DNA of 64,000 bases from NCBI RefSeq assembly GCF_964213995.1, contig NW_027590185.1, forward strand, positions 1-64,000, in the 5' to 3' direction. This document shows positions 24,342 to 37,616 of the stretch, one piece after another. The notes below the pieces were generated by a model. The model saw nothing but the letters and a program-made list of their open reading frames with translations. It had not been told where the DNA came from and searched no databases. Source of the DNA: Mustelus asterias (lineage: Eukaryota). The translations under genes and the position numbers were made by a program. Positions within the stretch are counted from its first letter, which is position 1. Each line of letters begins with the position of its first letter.

Positions 24342-25254
24342 TTTAATGGTTCATGATTGCAGAAACTGAGCAGTCACAGGAATGTGGTCAAGATAGTCCA
24401 GTCCCATAATGCCTCACATTCAATCTGCAGTCCTTCAATTATAACAGAATATGTGGCTGTATGTAGCTGCCTCGGCCACGATCAGCGCCAACACTGCTTT
24501 CTTGAACTCCTACAATGCCTGAGGTGTAAGTACACCCACAGTGATGTTAGGGAGGGCTTTCCAGCTACACATTCCAGACATTCACTGGACTGTAAGTGGA
24601 TACCAGATTGATATATTCCATTCAACCACTCCCAAGGGGAGTTATTGCAATTTCTTTATTGTCCAGGAAAGTATATTCACAATATCTTTAAAACAGAAAT
24701 TAAACATTCCCATTTAATTTCAGGTATTAACATATTCTGTTAGTTTGATCTTTATTGTCAATGTCAGGCTGGGGTTGTTCCTCTTGGAGCAAAGGAGGTT
24801 GAGGGGAGATTTGATAGAGGTGGACAAGATTCTGACAGGTTTAGATAAGGTGGACAAAGAAAAGCTGTTCCTATTAGCTGATGGGACAAGGACGAGGGGG
24901 ACACAGATTTATGGTTTTGGGTCAGAGATGCAGGGGGGGATGTGAGGAAGAATATTTTGATGCAGTGAGTGGTAATGACCTGGAACTCGCTGCCTACGAG
25001 GGTGGAGGAAGTGGAGACAATAAACAATTACAAAGGAAATTGGATGGGCATTTGGGGGGCTTTCAAACAGAAATGCTAACTAAATATCTCTTAACTTCCG
25101 AGCACCAGCCACTGGAGGCAAAATAGTGAGACCGGCCAGTCCCGCAGAAAGAAACCCTCGTCCCTCCCCATTGACCAACTGTGAGAATGAACAAAATGCA
25201 GTCCTGGATGTAATTGAGAGCAGAAACAATAACAGCAGAATCCAACCCCTGGAA

Positions 25255-26012
25255 TCACTCGTGAACTTGTTGGTGTCTCAGCAGCTGGGATGAAACTCTG
25301 AATCCCTTCCCACACTGAGAGCAGGTGAATGGTCTCTCTCCAGTGTGAACTCGCTGGTGTGACTGCAGACTGGATGACTGAGTGAATCCCTTCTCACACT
25401 TAGGGCAGGTGAACGGCCTCTCCCCAGTGTGAACTCGCTGGTGTGTCTGCAGACTGGATGAGGCAGTAAATCCCTTCCACACTGACAGCAGGTGAATGCT
25501 CTCTCCCCAGTGTGAACTCGCTGGTGTGTCCACAGGCTGGAAGAGTTAGTGAATCCTTTCTCACACTGAGGGCAGGTGAATGGCCTCTCTCCGGTGTGAA
25601 CTCGCTGGTGTGTCTGCAGACTGGATAATTGATTGAATCCCTTCCCACACACAGTGCAGGTGAACGGGCTCTCCCCAGTGTGAACTCACTGGTGTGTCCG
25701 CAGGGTGGATAACTGACTGAATCTCTTCCCACACACACAGCAGGTGAATGGCTTCTTCCCAGTGTGAACTCGCTGGTGTTTCTGCAGGCTGGATAACTGA
25801 GTGAATCCCTTCCCACACACAGAACAGGTGAATGGCCTCTCCCCAGTGTGAACTAGTTGGTGTGTCCACAGTTCAGATGACTGAGTGAATCCCTTTCCAC
25901 ACACACAGCAGCTGAAGGGCCTCTCCCCAGTGTGACTGCGTCGATGAATTTCCAGCCGAGATGGGCACATGTATCCCTTCCCACAGTCCCCACATTTCCA
26001 CGGTTTCCCCAT
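25255..26012 (-). pseudogene. C2H2 ZNF gene 4, 9 fingers, nonsense codon in finger 4 plus a downstream frameshift
   Basis: HQ-TGA-VH at 25686-25688 and a 1-nt loss near 25475, shown by split ORFs in the track. Confidence 0.88.
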
Positions 26013-26710
26013 GGTTCGGGTCCTTGTGACTCTGTAGTTTAAACAATCAGTTAAATCTCACACAGACCATGGGTGCAGTTCTCCCCGCTGTGAATGCTGC
26101 GATGTATTTTCAAGCTGTGTAACTGGTTAAAGCTCTTTCCACACTCAGTGCACTGGAACACTCTTGCTCAGGTGTGTGTGTGTCTCGGTGCTTTTCCAGT
26201 CACACAGATGCTTAAAATCTTCAGAAGCTGACAGAACAGAGAAACATTTCCCCTTCTCGATTCAAAGGTCAGTGATATTCAGGTCCGGATGAATTGAATG
26301 ATCCTGTCAGATTTGATGTGACATTTGGTTTAAGATTTCTGTCTGTAAATTCTCACTTTCTGATATTCTGTAAAAGGAATTTACAAAATTCATCAGTGTC
26401 AGCACAGGATAGAAATTCAGAACAGACAATTCTAGTTTCTATGAAACATTCTTTTCTCTCTCATTCCCCAAAAGCTGTAAATCTCCATCCCACACACTCT
26501 CCCTCCATTCTCACTCTGCTGTATCTAATATTCACCCTCCCAATTCTCCTGAAGGTGCTGATTGAGGCTGATTGACAGATCCATGCTCACTGCTTCCTGT
26601 CCTGGACACAGCTGGAAATCTCCATGCAGGCTGCCAGACAGATGTATGTCTATATGATTGGACCAACAATGTATGGATTATATAGACTGGACTCACTTCC
26701 TTTCCCTTCA

Positions 26711-28160
26711 GTGGCTAAGGGTGGACAAGTCACCAGGACCCAATGAACTGCACGCTAGCTTTTTAATGGACGTTGCTAAAGAGATAGTGGAGAATTTTGT
26801 TGAAATTTTTCGTAACTTGCTAGATTCCGGGAGAGTATCAGAAGATTGGCAATCAGCCAATGTGACTCCCTTGGTCAAAAAGGGAGAAAGGCAGAAGGCA
26901 GGGAACTCTCGGCCAGTTAATTTAACATCTATTATTGGCAAGACGCTGGAGTCAATAATCAAAGAGCAAATAGCTAATCATTTAGGAAGGCTGAATATAA
27001 TCAAACCTCGTCAACATAGTTCTATGAAAGATAAATCATGTTTGACAAATTTGCTTGAATTGTTTGAGGATGTAAGAAGGAGGGTAGATCGAGAGAAATC
27101 TGTACTTGTAGTTTATTTAAAAAGGGCGCCACGGCAGCACAGTGGTTAGCACTGCTGCTTCACAGTGCCAGGTACCTGGGTTCAATCCTGGCCTTGGGTG
27201 ACAGGCTGTATGGAGTATGCGCATTTTCTCCATGTCTGTGTGGATTTCTGAGTGCTCCAGGTTCTTCCCACAGTCCAAAGATGTGCGGGTTAGATTGATT
27301 GGCCATGCTAAATTGCCCCTTTGTGTCCCAGTAGAAGTAGATTAGGTGGATTAGTGGGGTAAAAATGTAGGGCTACAGGGATAGGGCCTGGGAAAGATGA
27401 GTCAAGAGTTGGGGAAGATGCAATAAAGTCACCCCTCTGTCTTCAAAACGTGGCAAATGGAGTTTAAAGTGGGGAAGTGTGAGGTCATGTATTTCAGTAG
27501 GAGGAATCAACAGGGAGATTATCTAAATAGAGAGAGGCTGCCGGTGAGTGAAGTACAGAGGGATCTTGGTGTTCTTGTGCATGAATCACAAAAAGCTAGC
27601 AGGCAGGTTCACACAATAGGTAAAAAGGAAAATGGCATTTTGGCTTTTATTGCAAAGGGGTTGGAGTTTAAAAACAGCGAGATTTTGTTGCAACTGTACA
27701 GTGTGTTGGTGATGCCTCACCTGGAATAGTGCATACAGTTTTGATCCCCTTACCTAAACAAGGATTTAGTAACATTGGACATAGTCCAAAGGACATTCAC
27801 CAGGCTAATTCCTGGATGGGAGGGTTGTCCTATCAAGAGGGAGTAAATTGTCAAGGTCTGAGTTCCTTGAAGTTTTGAAGACAAAGGGGTTACTGAAACA
27901 TATAAGATCCTGAGGGGGCTTGACAGGGTAGATGGTGAAATATTTTCACGAGTGGGAGAGTCTCAAACAAAATAAATACCTCATTGAATGTTTTTAAGGC
28001 AAAGATAGATACATTTTTGAACAGTTAAGGAATTAAGGGTTATGGTGAGCGGGCGGGTAAGTGGAGCTCAGTCTACGAAAAGATCAGCCGTAATCTTATT
28101 GAATGGCAGAGCAGGCTTGAGGGCCAGATGGCCTACTCCTGCTCCTAGTTCTTATGTTCT
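26711..28160 (+). mobile_element. Decayed CR1 RT pieces with a nested SINE (about 27124-27400) in the gene 4 intron
   Basis: DKSPGP..WQSANVTPLVKKG..SCLTNLLELFE; MEFKVGKCEVM. Confidence 0.85.
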
Positions 28161-28311
28161 TATCAGCACTGATTCCAGATTGTTCAGTACTTCTAATTTG
28201 AATCGCTCTGCTTTCCTTCTCCCATATGTACTCTATGATGTACCGATCATGATGCCCTAACTAAACTAAAACAAAAAACCTTCTGACTCAACTAGGGATC
28301 GGTAATAAATG

Positions 28312-28536
28312 CTGTAAGAAGTTTAACAACACCAGGTTAAAGTCCAACAGGTTTATTTGGTAGCAAAAGCCACACAAGCTTTCGGAGCTGCAAGCCCCCC
28401 TCACCTGAAGAAGGGGCTTGGAGCTCCGAAAGCTTGTGTGGCTTTTGCTACCAAATAAACCTGTTGGACTTTAACCTGGTGTTGTTAAACTTCTTACTGT
28501 GTTTACCCCAGTCCAACGCCGGCATCTCCACATCAT
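28312..28536 (+). mobile_element. Penelope-like terminal repeat in inverted (hairpin) arrangement with a hammerhead-like core
   Basis: Near-perfect arms at about 28314-28397 and 28413-28498; CTGAAGA...GAAA at 28405-28431. Confidence 0.8.
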
Positions 28537-28609
28537 AATAAATGCTGGCCAGCCAGCGATGCCCATGTCCCATGAATGAATAAAAGAAATCACAGAATTG
28601 TTTTGATTC

Positions 28610-29410
28610 AAAGTTGAGACCTCATCCACACACACAACACGAGTAGAGTCTCTCCCGCTGTGAATGCTGTAATATTTTTTCAGGCTCTGTAACTAGTTAA
28701 AGCTCTTTCCACAGTCAGTGCACTGGAACACTCTCATTCGAGTATGTGTGTGTCTCGGTGATTTGCCACTCACATTGACGTTTAAAACTTTCTGAAGCAG
28801 ACGGTACAGAGAAACATTTCTTCTTCTGGATTCAAAGGCCGATGATAATCAGATCCCGATGAATTGAGTGAGGACGGGACGTTTGGTTTGAGATTTCTGT
28901 CTGTAAATCCTCATCTCCTGATATCCTGCAAAATAAGTTTACAAAAGTCATCACTCAGTACAGGATAGAAATTCAGAACAGATAATTTTAGTTTCTAAGG
29001 AACATTCTTTCCCCTCTCATTCCACAAAAGCTGTGAATCTCCATCTCACACACTCTCCCTCCATTCTCACTCTGCTGTATCTAATTTTCACCCTCCCAAT
29101 TCTCCTGAAGGTGCTGATTGAGGCTGATTGACAGATCCATGCTCACTGCTTCCTGTCAATCTCTTCGGTAAAACAATTAAACTAAATCAAATCAACTGAG
29201 GGACAAATAAACATTCTGTTAATCTTTTTGGCAAAACAATTAAACCAAATTAAATTAAATGAGGGACAGATCAAAAGGGGCAGACCTCAAAAAGAAGGGA
29301 ATCGCCTGCAAGTCCCCAATTTCTCCCAGAATGAGAAAAGAAATGGAAAGGGGGAAACATTGATTTCCTCCCAGATGTTGCAGAGGAGGAAGTTTCACTC
29401 TGAAGCTCAT
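28610..29410 (-). pseudogene. ZNF 5'-region relic (exon 1, micro-exon, fossil fingers) with no coding fingers
   Basis: Homologous to 26040-26600. The exon-1 donor is degraded (acatct|gggagg) and homology stops before the MEKPW start. Confidence 0.75.
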
Positions 29411-29915
29411 TGGACAACTTCCGCACGGTGACGTCACAACGGTGTCCTGCCTGAATCAGCCAATAGACATCAGTTTGCTCTGCGGTGACGTCTTCGGGTT
29501 CCAGTGCGCAGGCTCGGGGCGCGGACACAGGAGCCCCGCACCCACCCATTGTTCCCCTCCCCCTCCACCACATCGAGCCAAGGTTTCCAGGCAACCGGCT
29601 GGCGGCTCCGGCCAGAGCGAGAAGACGCTCGGTTAGCTCCCCCTCCCCCCGGCCGGGGACTGCGCATGTCCAAGGGAAGGGGAAATTGCGCATGTGCAGA
29701 GATCGGCCACCGCCCCCCCCACCTGAATGCTGAGGTGTTGACCAATGGAAAGAGTTGGAGGGCCGGAAGTACCTTTCTCCTCCAGCCAACCAGACCTTCC
29801 CCCATTGTCTGAATGCGGAAACCAGACAATGAGCTTGTTCACCCGGAAAGCTGCTGTTCTCTCTCTGAATGAACATTGAGTACAGACAGACTCAAACTTC
29901 CTTCTGTCTCCCACA
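29380..29915. promoter_or_regulatory. Bidirectional-type CpG promoter and first exon of gene 5
   Basis: TGACGTCA, CCAAT boxes, two tgcgcatg, ccggaagt; donor acatct|gtgagt at about 29919. Confidence 0.65.
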
Positions 29916-30549
29916 TCTGTGAGTAAAACACTTTCTTTTCTCCCCCTATCCATTTCTTTTCTCATTCTGGGGGAAATTGGGGACTTGCAGCAACTGAAGG
30001 GAAAGAAAGTGAATCCAGGGAGGCTGCAGACTCTGGAAAGGTTGGCCCAGGTCTCTCTCTTTCTGACTTAAAGACATTGACATCCTTTGCTCCCTCAGCT
30101 TGACACATTGATTTGTCTGGCTAAAAGGATGGTCCCTTTCCTAATGTTCACAATTAAAGGGCTGGTTTTCCCAGGAGATGCCTGACATTTAAGAGAACAA
30201 TAAATTAATACAGGACAGAGATATGCCTAGTGTTGTTATATTGTAGATTTGATATATTATTTATGGTTCTGTAACAAAGTACATTTATTATTATTTCTCA
30301 TCTTGTAATGTAACACTGAAGCTATGTTATATATTTCCACTCATCGAGTCATTACAGCGCAGAAGGAGTCCATTCAGTAACTCGAATCCATGCCGACTCT
30401 TTGTAGAACAATCCAGTCAGTCCCATTCCCCTTCTATATTCCCTTTTCCCTGCAAGTTTATTTCCTTCATGTGCCCATCTAATTTCTGAAATATATTAAA
30501 GGGGACAGTAAACTAATATCGGACAGAGACATGTCTGATGTTGGGTTTT

Positions 30550-30848
30550 TTTAATTCATCCTTGGGACACGGGCATTGCAGGCTGGGCCAGCATTTATTG
30601 CCCATCCCTAATTGCCCTTGAACTGAATGGCTCGCTGGCCCATTTCGGAGGATGGTTGAGAGTCAACCACATTGCTGTGGCTCTGGAGTCACATGTAGGC
30701 CAGACTGGGTAAGGACGGCAGATTTCCTTCCCTTAAATTCAAATTCCACCATCTGCCGTGGCAGGATTCGAACCTGAGTCCCCAGAGCATTAGCTAAGTT
30801 TCTGGATTAATAGTCTAGCGATAATACCACAAGGCTATCAGCTCCCCT
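30550..30848 (-). mobile_element. DeuSINE-like SINE (SacSINE1-type); related copy at about 34995-35380
   Basis: gagtcacatgtaggccagac..ggcagatttccttccc core, with a tRNA-like head at the right end. Confidence 0.6.
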
Positions 30849-32146
30849 GTTGTTATATGGTACAGATTAGATATATTATTTATAGCTCTGTAATAAAATA
30901 CACTTATTATATCTGGCTGTGTAATTTTGGACTGCAGCTATATTTTATATTTCCAACAATCTCTTCCCTCAGAGAATTGTTAGTATCTAGATTTCTCTTC
31001 CATAGGGACCAGTGGAGGGATTGAATATATTCAAGGATGAGTTAGACAGTTTTCGAATGACAAGGGAGTCAATAATTATTGGGAACAGGCTGGAAAATGG
31101 AGAGAAAGCTCAGATGAGGAAGGATTTCTTCACTCAAGGACGTGGTGATGTTTTGGATTCTCTACCCCAGAGGACTATAGAGCCTCAGTCATCAAAAATT
31201 TTCAAGAGAGGGATTGATAGGTTTCTAGATAGTGAAGATATCGATGGATATGGGGGAAAGTGTGGGGAAAATAATGCAGAGGTAGATCAACCAATAATCT
31301 CAATGAATGGTTGAGCAGACTCGATGGGCTGAATGCTGACTGCAGCTCCTATTTGTTCTGATTTCTGTGCTGGACAGGAAGCAGTGAGCATGGATCTGTC
31401 AATCAGCCTCAATCAGCACCTTCAGGAGAATTGGGAGGGTGAATATTAGATACAGCAGAGTGAGAATGGAGGGAGAGTGTGTGGAATGGAGATTCACGGC
31501 TTTTGGGGAATGGGAGAGGAAAGAATGTTCATTAGAATCATAGAATTGCTGCATCTTATCAACCGTCCCTGAGCTTTCACAATGAATCCCACTTCTGAGG
31601 ACACCCTTATCTCTGACTTGTCTGTACTGCTGGCAGTCTCACAAAGCAGCTGCCTGTGTGCTGATACGGGAGGCCCTGCTGGGCAAGTTTAATGCTCCAT
31701 GACTGTGTCTTTAATGAATGCTCCATAAACTAGAAATGTAGATTTGAATTTCGATTGTATTCTGAATTGCGATTTTTTTTCTAAATTGACTTACAGGATA
31801 TTAGACAAGGAGAAATCAGACAGAAATCTCCAACATCACATCGAGATCTGACAGAGTGACTCGATTTCTTGGGACCTGAATATCATTGGCCTTTGAATCT
31901 AACAGGAGAAATGTTTGTTTGGCCTCTTGGCTTCAAAAGATTGTAAACATCGCTGTGACGAGAAATGCACTGAGATACACACACCCGAGTGAGAGTGTTC
32001 CAGTGCACTGAGTGTGGAAAGAGCTTTAACCAGTTACACAGCCTGAAAATGCATCACAGCATTCACAGCAGGGAGAGACTGTACCCGTGTTCTGTGTGAG
32101 ATTTAACTGATTGTTTAACCTGGAGAGTCACAAGGACACCCGCACC

Positions 32147-33100
32147 ATGGAGAAACCGTGGAAATGTGGGGACTGTGGGAAGAGATTCGGGTTCCCATCT
32201 GAGCTGGAAATTCATCACCGCAGTCACACTGGGGAGAGACCATTCACCTGCTCTGTGTGTGGGAAGGGATTCACTCATTTATCCAGCCTGCAGAAACACA
32301 ATCTCACTCACACCAATGAGAGACCATTTAAATGCTGTGACTGTGGGAGTGGTTTTAAAAGCTCTCAGTATCTGATGTCCCACCAGCGCATTCACACTGA
32401 GGAGAGACCGTTCAGCTGCTCTCACTGCTCAAAGAAATTTAGAACTTCATGCAACCTGCAGATTCACCAGCGAATTCACACCAGGGAGAGACCGTTCACC
32501 TGCTCTGTGTGTGGGAAGGGATTCACTCATTCATCCAGCCTGCTGAGTCACAATCTCACTCACACCAATGAGAGACCCTTTAAATGCTCTGACTGTGGGA
32601 TCAGATTCAAAAGTTCTCAGGTACTTAGGGTCCACCAGCGCACTCACACTGAGGAGAGACCGTTCAGCTGCTCTCACTGCACAAAGAGATTTAGAACTTC
32701 ATGCAACCTGCAGATACACCAGCGAGTTCACACTGGGGAAAGGCCGTTCACCTGCTCTGTGTGTGGGAAGAGATTCACTCAGTTATCCAGCCTGCTGAAA
32801 CACAAAGTCACTCACACCAATGAGAGACCCTTTAAATGCTCTGACTGTGGGAGCGGATTCAAAAGCTCTCAGGGACTGGTGTCCCACCAGCGCATTCACA
32901 CTGAGGAGAGACCATTCAGCTGCTCTCACTGCACAAAGAGGTTTAAAACGTCATCCAACCTGCAGGAACACCAGCGAGTTCACACTGGGGAGAGACCATT
33001 CCCTTGCTCTGTGTGTGGGAAGGGATTCACTCAGTCATCCAGCTTGCTGAGACACAAAGCCACTCACTCCAAGGAGAGCCCCTTTAAATGCTCTGCCTGA
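32147..33100 (+). CDS. C2H2 ZNF gene 5, 317 aa, 11 intact fingers, stop within finger 12
   Basis: accATGG start at MEKPWKC; repeating three-finger unit. Confidence 0.88.
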   Translation: MEKPWKCGDCGKRFGFPSELEIHHRSHTGERPFTCSVCGKGFTHLSSLQKHNLTHTNERPFKCCDCGSGFKSSQYLMSHQRIHTEERPFSCSHCSKKFRTSCNLQIHQRIHTRERPFTCSVCGKGFTHSSSLLSHNLTHTNERPFKCSDCGIRFKSSQVLRVHQRTHTEERPFSCSHCTKRFRTSCNLQIHQRVHTGERPFTCSVCGKRFTQLSSLLKHKVTHTNERPFKCSDCGSGFKSSQGLVSHQRIHTEERPFSCSHCTKRFKTSSNLQEHQRVHTGERPFPCSVCGKGFTQSSSLLRHKATHSKESPFKCSA

Positions 33101-33481
33101 GAGGCCGGCTTCAGAAGCTCTCAGGAACTGATGATCCCCGAGCACATTCACACCGGGGAGAGGCCGTTCAGCTGCTCTCACTGTTCAAGGAGGTTTAGAA
33201 TATCATCAACACTGCTGAAACACCAGTGAGTTCACACCGGGGAGAAACCATTCACCTGCTCGGTGTGTGCGAAAGGATTTACTCGGTTATCCAGCCTGCC
33301 CAGACACAACATCATCACACCCAGGAGAGACCCTTTAAATGTGGGCATGGCTTCAAAAGCTCTCGGGAACTAATGTCCCACCAGTGAGTTCACACCAGGC
33401 AGAGGCTGGTCACCTGCTCTGACTGGGAAGGGATTCACTCAGTCAGCAAACTTGGTGAAACACCAGTGAGTTCACAAGTGA
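33101..33481 (+). pseudogene. Dead finger tail of gene 5 (about five decayed fingers ending HK-stop)
   Basis: Finger-like sequence continues past the stop, with TGA at 33227, 33385 and 33467 and deletions. Confidence 0.85.
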
Positions 33482-33565
33482 TGACAGTTCTGGGATTATT
33501 CTTGTGAATCTTTCTTGCCCCTTCTCCAGTGCCTCTATTTCCTTTTTCTAAATGGAGATCACAAA

Positions 33566-34360
33566 TAGAACGTAGAACAGTACAGCACAGGAACAGACCC
33601 TTCAGCCCACCATGTTGTGTCGAACATGATGCCAAATTAAACTATTCCTTTTTGCCTGCCCATGGTCCATATTCCTCTATTCCTTGCATATTCATGAGCT
33701 TATTTAAAACCCCCTTAAACGCCCCTATCGTATCTGCCTCCACCACCACTCCGAGCAGTGCATTCCAGACACCTACCACTCTCTGTGTAAAAAAAACTTA
33801 CCTCTCACATCTCCTTTGAACTTTCTTGATTCCCAAGATCCCTCTGTACATTAACTGTATACTTATCCTTAATAGTTGATCTTCCAAAGTGCAGCACCTC
33901 ACACTTGTCTGGATTAAAATCCATCTGCCATTTCTCCGCTCATATCTGCAGCTGATCTACATCCCACTGTAACCTTTCACAACCTTCTACACTATCTACA
34001 ACTCCATCTAGCTTTGTGTCGTCTGCAAGCTTACTAACCCACCCATCCACGTTTTCATCAAAGTCATTTATATATATCACAAATAACGCAGGTCCCAGTA
34101 CGGATCCCTGCAGAACACCACTAGTCACGGACCTCTAGCCAGAAAAACACCCTCCACCACTACTCCCTGACTTCTATGGGCAAGTCAATTCTGAATCCAA
34201 GTGGCCAAGTCACCGTGAATCCCATGCATCTTAATCTTCTGGATGAGCCGACCGTGAGGGACCTTGTCGAAAGCCTCACTAAAATCCATGTTCACAACAT
34301 CCACTGCTCTACCCTCATCGATCACCTTCATCATCTCCTCGATAAAATTGATCAAGTTAG
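33566..34360 (-). mobile_element. CR1 fragments with internal deletions
   Basis: SGVLQGSVLGPALFVIYINDF..SKLADDTK; tail tgttctacgttcta. Confidence 0.85.
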
Positions 34361-37229
34361 TAAGATGTTGACGGTGCTCCCACTGCAGTCCTGTGATGAA
34401 AATATAGACTGGTTGGTGAAATGTAGATAACAGGTAGAATTGATATCTAATGAGGACTTTATACTTTAGAATTGAATACAGGGCTCATTGTTACTAACGG
34501 GGAAAGAAGGGTTAAAACCCTGACCCAGAACCCTTTTCACACACACGTGGACATCTCTGAATCTGACGCACACCAAATGGAACGTTACACAAGGGGCTGG
34601 AATTCACTGGAATTTCTTCACAACCTTTCAATAGAAATGTCCTGGTACCGACTGTGACAAAGGACACAACAGACAGCAAGAACCAGGAGGAACCTTTAAC
34701 CCAGAGAATGTTAATAACCTTGTTCAGGACACCGGTGCCAGGCACAGGAGGATCCCAAGAAAAAGGGAACATTTAATTTCTGTCTGTTTCACAATTCTAA
34801 ATGACTGATTCTTTAACATAGGAATGTTTAAAAACAGCATTGTGATATTCCGAGGTCAACTGTGTCTGGGAAAGGGACACACTGATGTGTTTTTATTTTA
34901 AACAGGAGGATCCATTGAAAAGCAGCTCTGGACGATACGAGCACCTCCTGACCTTTCAATTCATTTCAAATCACCCATCACTTTCCGTGGAATATTCTTT
35001 ATTCTTTCCTGGGATGTGGACACTGCTGGCAAAGCCCCAGCACACGTTCCTCATCTCCTAATTGCCCTTGAACGGAGTGACTTGCTCAACCATTTCAGAG
35101 GGACAGTTAAGAATCACCCACATCGCTGTGTGGGTCTGGATTCACATGTAGGCCAGACCGGGTAAGGATGGCAGATTTCCCTCCCTAATAGGGAGCATTA
35201 ATAGGGTGAACTGGATGGGTTTTTACAACAGTCGATAGTTTCATGGTCACCGTTTCTGAGACTAACTTTATATAATTCCAGATTGATTCACTGAATTCAA
35301 ATCCCACCAGCTGCCTGTCCCCGGATCCTTTGCTGGATCTCTGCATTACTCGGCCAGAGACATTCCCACCACCTCCCCCTGAATGGAATATTCCACAGAC
35401 CCTTAGTTAAACAGGAAGGAGAAAAGAGAAAGGCTTTGACCTTTGGATGACCTCATCACGAACTACAGAAACCTTAAAGCTGACCATTCTGTAAAAGTTT
35501 ATAAACTTTATTTTTATAAAACACAGAGTAAGAAACAGGTGAAAAGTAACGATGGACGTTCCGACTGACATCAGAAACATTGATTGACCGGATAAACACT
35601 CACTACATCACAGAGCGATCCTCAACCATTAAAGAATTGACCCACTATAAGGAATGAGAGAGCCTTATAAAAAGGGGCAGGAGTTTACACAGAGAGGTGA
35701 CACCCACAGCTGCTCAGGATGATGGAATTCAGTTCAGGAAGGGGATAAAGTGAGAAGCTTTTGTGATTCAAGGCAGAAGTATTGAACAATCTGGAATCAG
35801 TGCTTCTCGAGTTTGCTGACGAGCCGAACACTTCAATTAATCTCATCATAAAACCCCCAGTGTCAATAACATGGATTTGACTGACAAATGTTGAAGTGTT
35901 GGTTTAGAGCCACAAGTTTCAACTTCCCATTTGAGCCTCAGGCACCTTTCTGTCTCTCTCCTGCTCGTGTCAATGACAGCCAGGCGACGGAGCTGAGGGC
36001 TGAATTTAGCTGAGAATAATGGTGCCTGCGCCCCAGTTGGGAAACTGCCCTGGGCGTCGCACTAATAGGGAGACAGGAATGTACTGGAGTGGGCAATGGG
36101 CCTCCAACCAATCAGGGCACCGGAGGAGGTGACCGGGGCTGATGATGACGTGACCCCCGGGGTTCAGTGTCCCTGTGTCCAAAGCGGGGAGTCACAGGAA
36201 CAGGGGACAGAGCAGCTGAACAGAAACCATTTGTGTCCAGAACATTGTGAACATCCTTTTACTCTGGTTGTCTTTGATCCTCAAGTCATTTTCTGTTTGT
36301 TTTAACCATGTTCTGTTTCATCAATAAACTTTTATCAGTAAAAATATTTGATTGTTCTGGACATTTCCTGCTGAGATTGATGCACTTTAGGGAAAGTGGG
36401 TGAGAGGGGTTGGCAGGCTCTTTAACATGCTGGGCTTTCAAGAGAGCTGTTAAACATGCTCTCTCTCTGACCCCTCACTCAACTTCACTCCGTTATTTTC
36501 CAGTTCTGTTCTGGTCCCGCCTGGGGTAACATCTACTCGATCTTTTCTCCTGAAGGAGCACTGTGAGTTCTAGGTTACTCGTACATAAGGACAGATGCTT
36601 CAAGCAACAGATCAAGCATGGATGTAAAAGATTCTCCAGCTCTCTCTTTACCCTTATCCAAGTTGTGGACAGTTCTTACTCTGTGTTATTTCCCCCAAGC
36701 CCTTAATTGTCCCAATCTATAATATTATTCCTTTTAGTTTAATTTTCCTCACTTTGTGTCCATGTGCAGTGTGTTTAATTGGATCCTGATTGTTTTGAAC
36801 TCAGTTTCTCTGGAGTGTGTGTCAGTGCCTTGATGATGTCACAATGTTGTCTCAATCCCCTGTCACATTAACCATTTCATTTCCTGCTGTGTCTCAAGTA
36901 GCTGTGTGTGTTTGGGACCCGCTCTTCACTCCATCTCACCATGAAGTTAGGCTTGCTATTTTTCACACGTAACAAATCACATCTGCACACTCACTCCGGT
37001 GTCCCAAAATCATGTCACACATTCTTAACTCTCAGATGTGCTGACGAAAGGATCAAAGTGAGTGTCTGTCTTTCTTATTTCCCCGTTATTGTCTGATATT
37101 TCATGCAATGACCGAGCTTTCAAATGTAGATTTCTTTAAAACAAAGTTCATGGATGGCGGAGTGTTTCACAGACCAAGTATTATGCTGGCCTTCACTGAT
37201 TTACAACTCCGCTAATACAAAGAACAATA

Positions 37230-37550
37230 TGGCGGCATGGTGGCGCAGTGGTTAGCACTGCTGCCTCACAGCACCAGGGATCCAGGTTTGATTCCTGGCT
37301 TGGGTCACTGTCTGTGTGGAGTTTGCACATTCTCCCCGTGTCTGCATGAGTTTCCTCCGGATGCTCCGGTTTCCTCCTGCAGTCCAAAGCTGTGTGGGTT
37401 AGGTTGATTGGCTGTGCTAAATTGACCCTAGTTTCTGGGGGATTAGCAGGGTAAATATGTGGGGTTACGGATATAGGCTGGGATTGTTGTCAGTGCAGGC
37501 TTGATGGGCCAAATGGCCTCCTTCTGTACTATCGGGATTCTATTCTATGA
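37230..37550 (+). mobile_element. HE1-like SINE
   Basis: ggcggcatggtggcgcagtggttagcactg head and ttctattctatg tail. Confidence 0.88.
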
Positions 37551-37616
37551 ATATAATGAAGCAATATAATGGGCATCTTGTTTATTTTCAGCCTGGGCTA
37601 ATACAGTAACCTGGAG

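Larger units (their letters stand above)
21066..27976 (+). repeat. Direct segmental duplication, paralogous to 43958-56128 (that copy carries an extra 5.2 kb insertion)
   Basis: Colinear SINE half, LTR relic, ZNF pseudogene, micro-exon and decayed CR1 in both copies. Confidence 0.93.
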
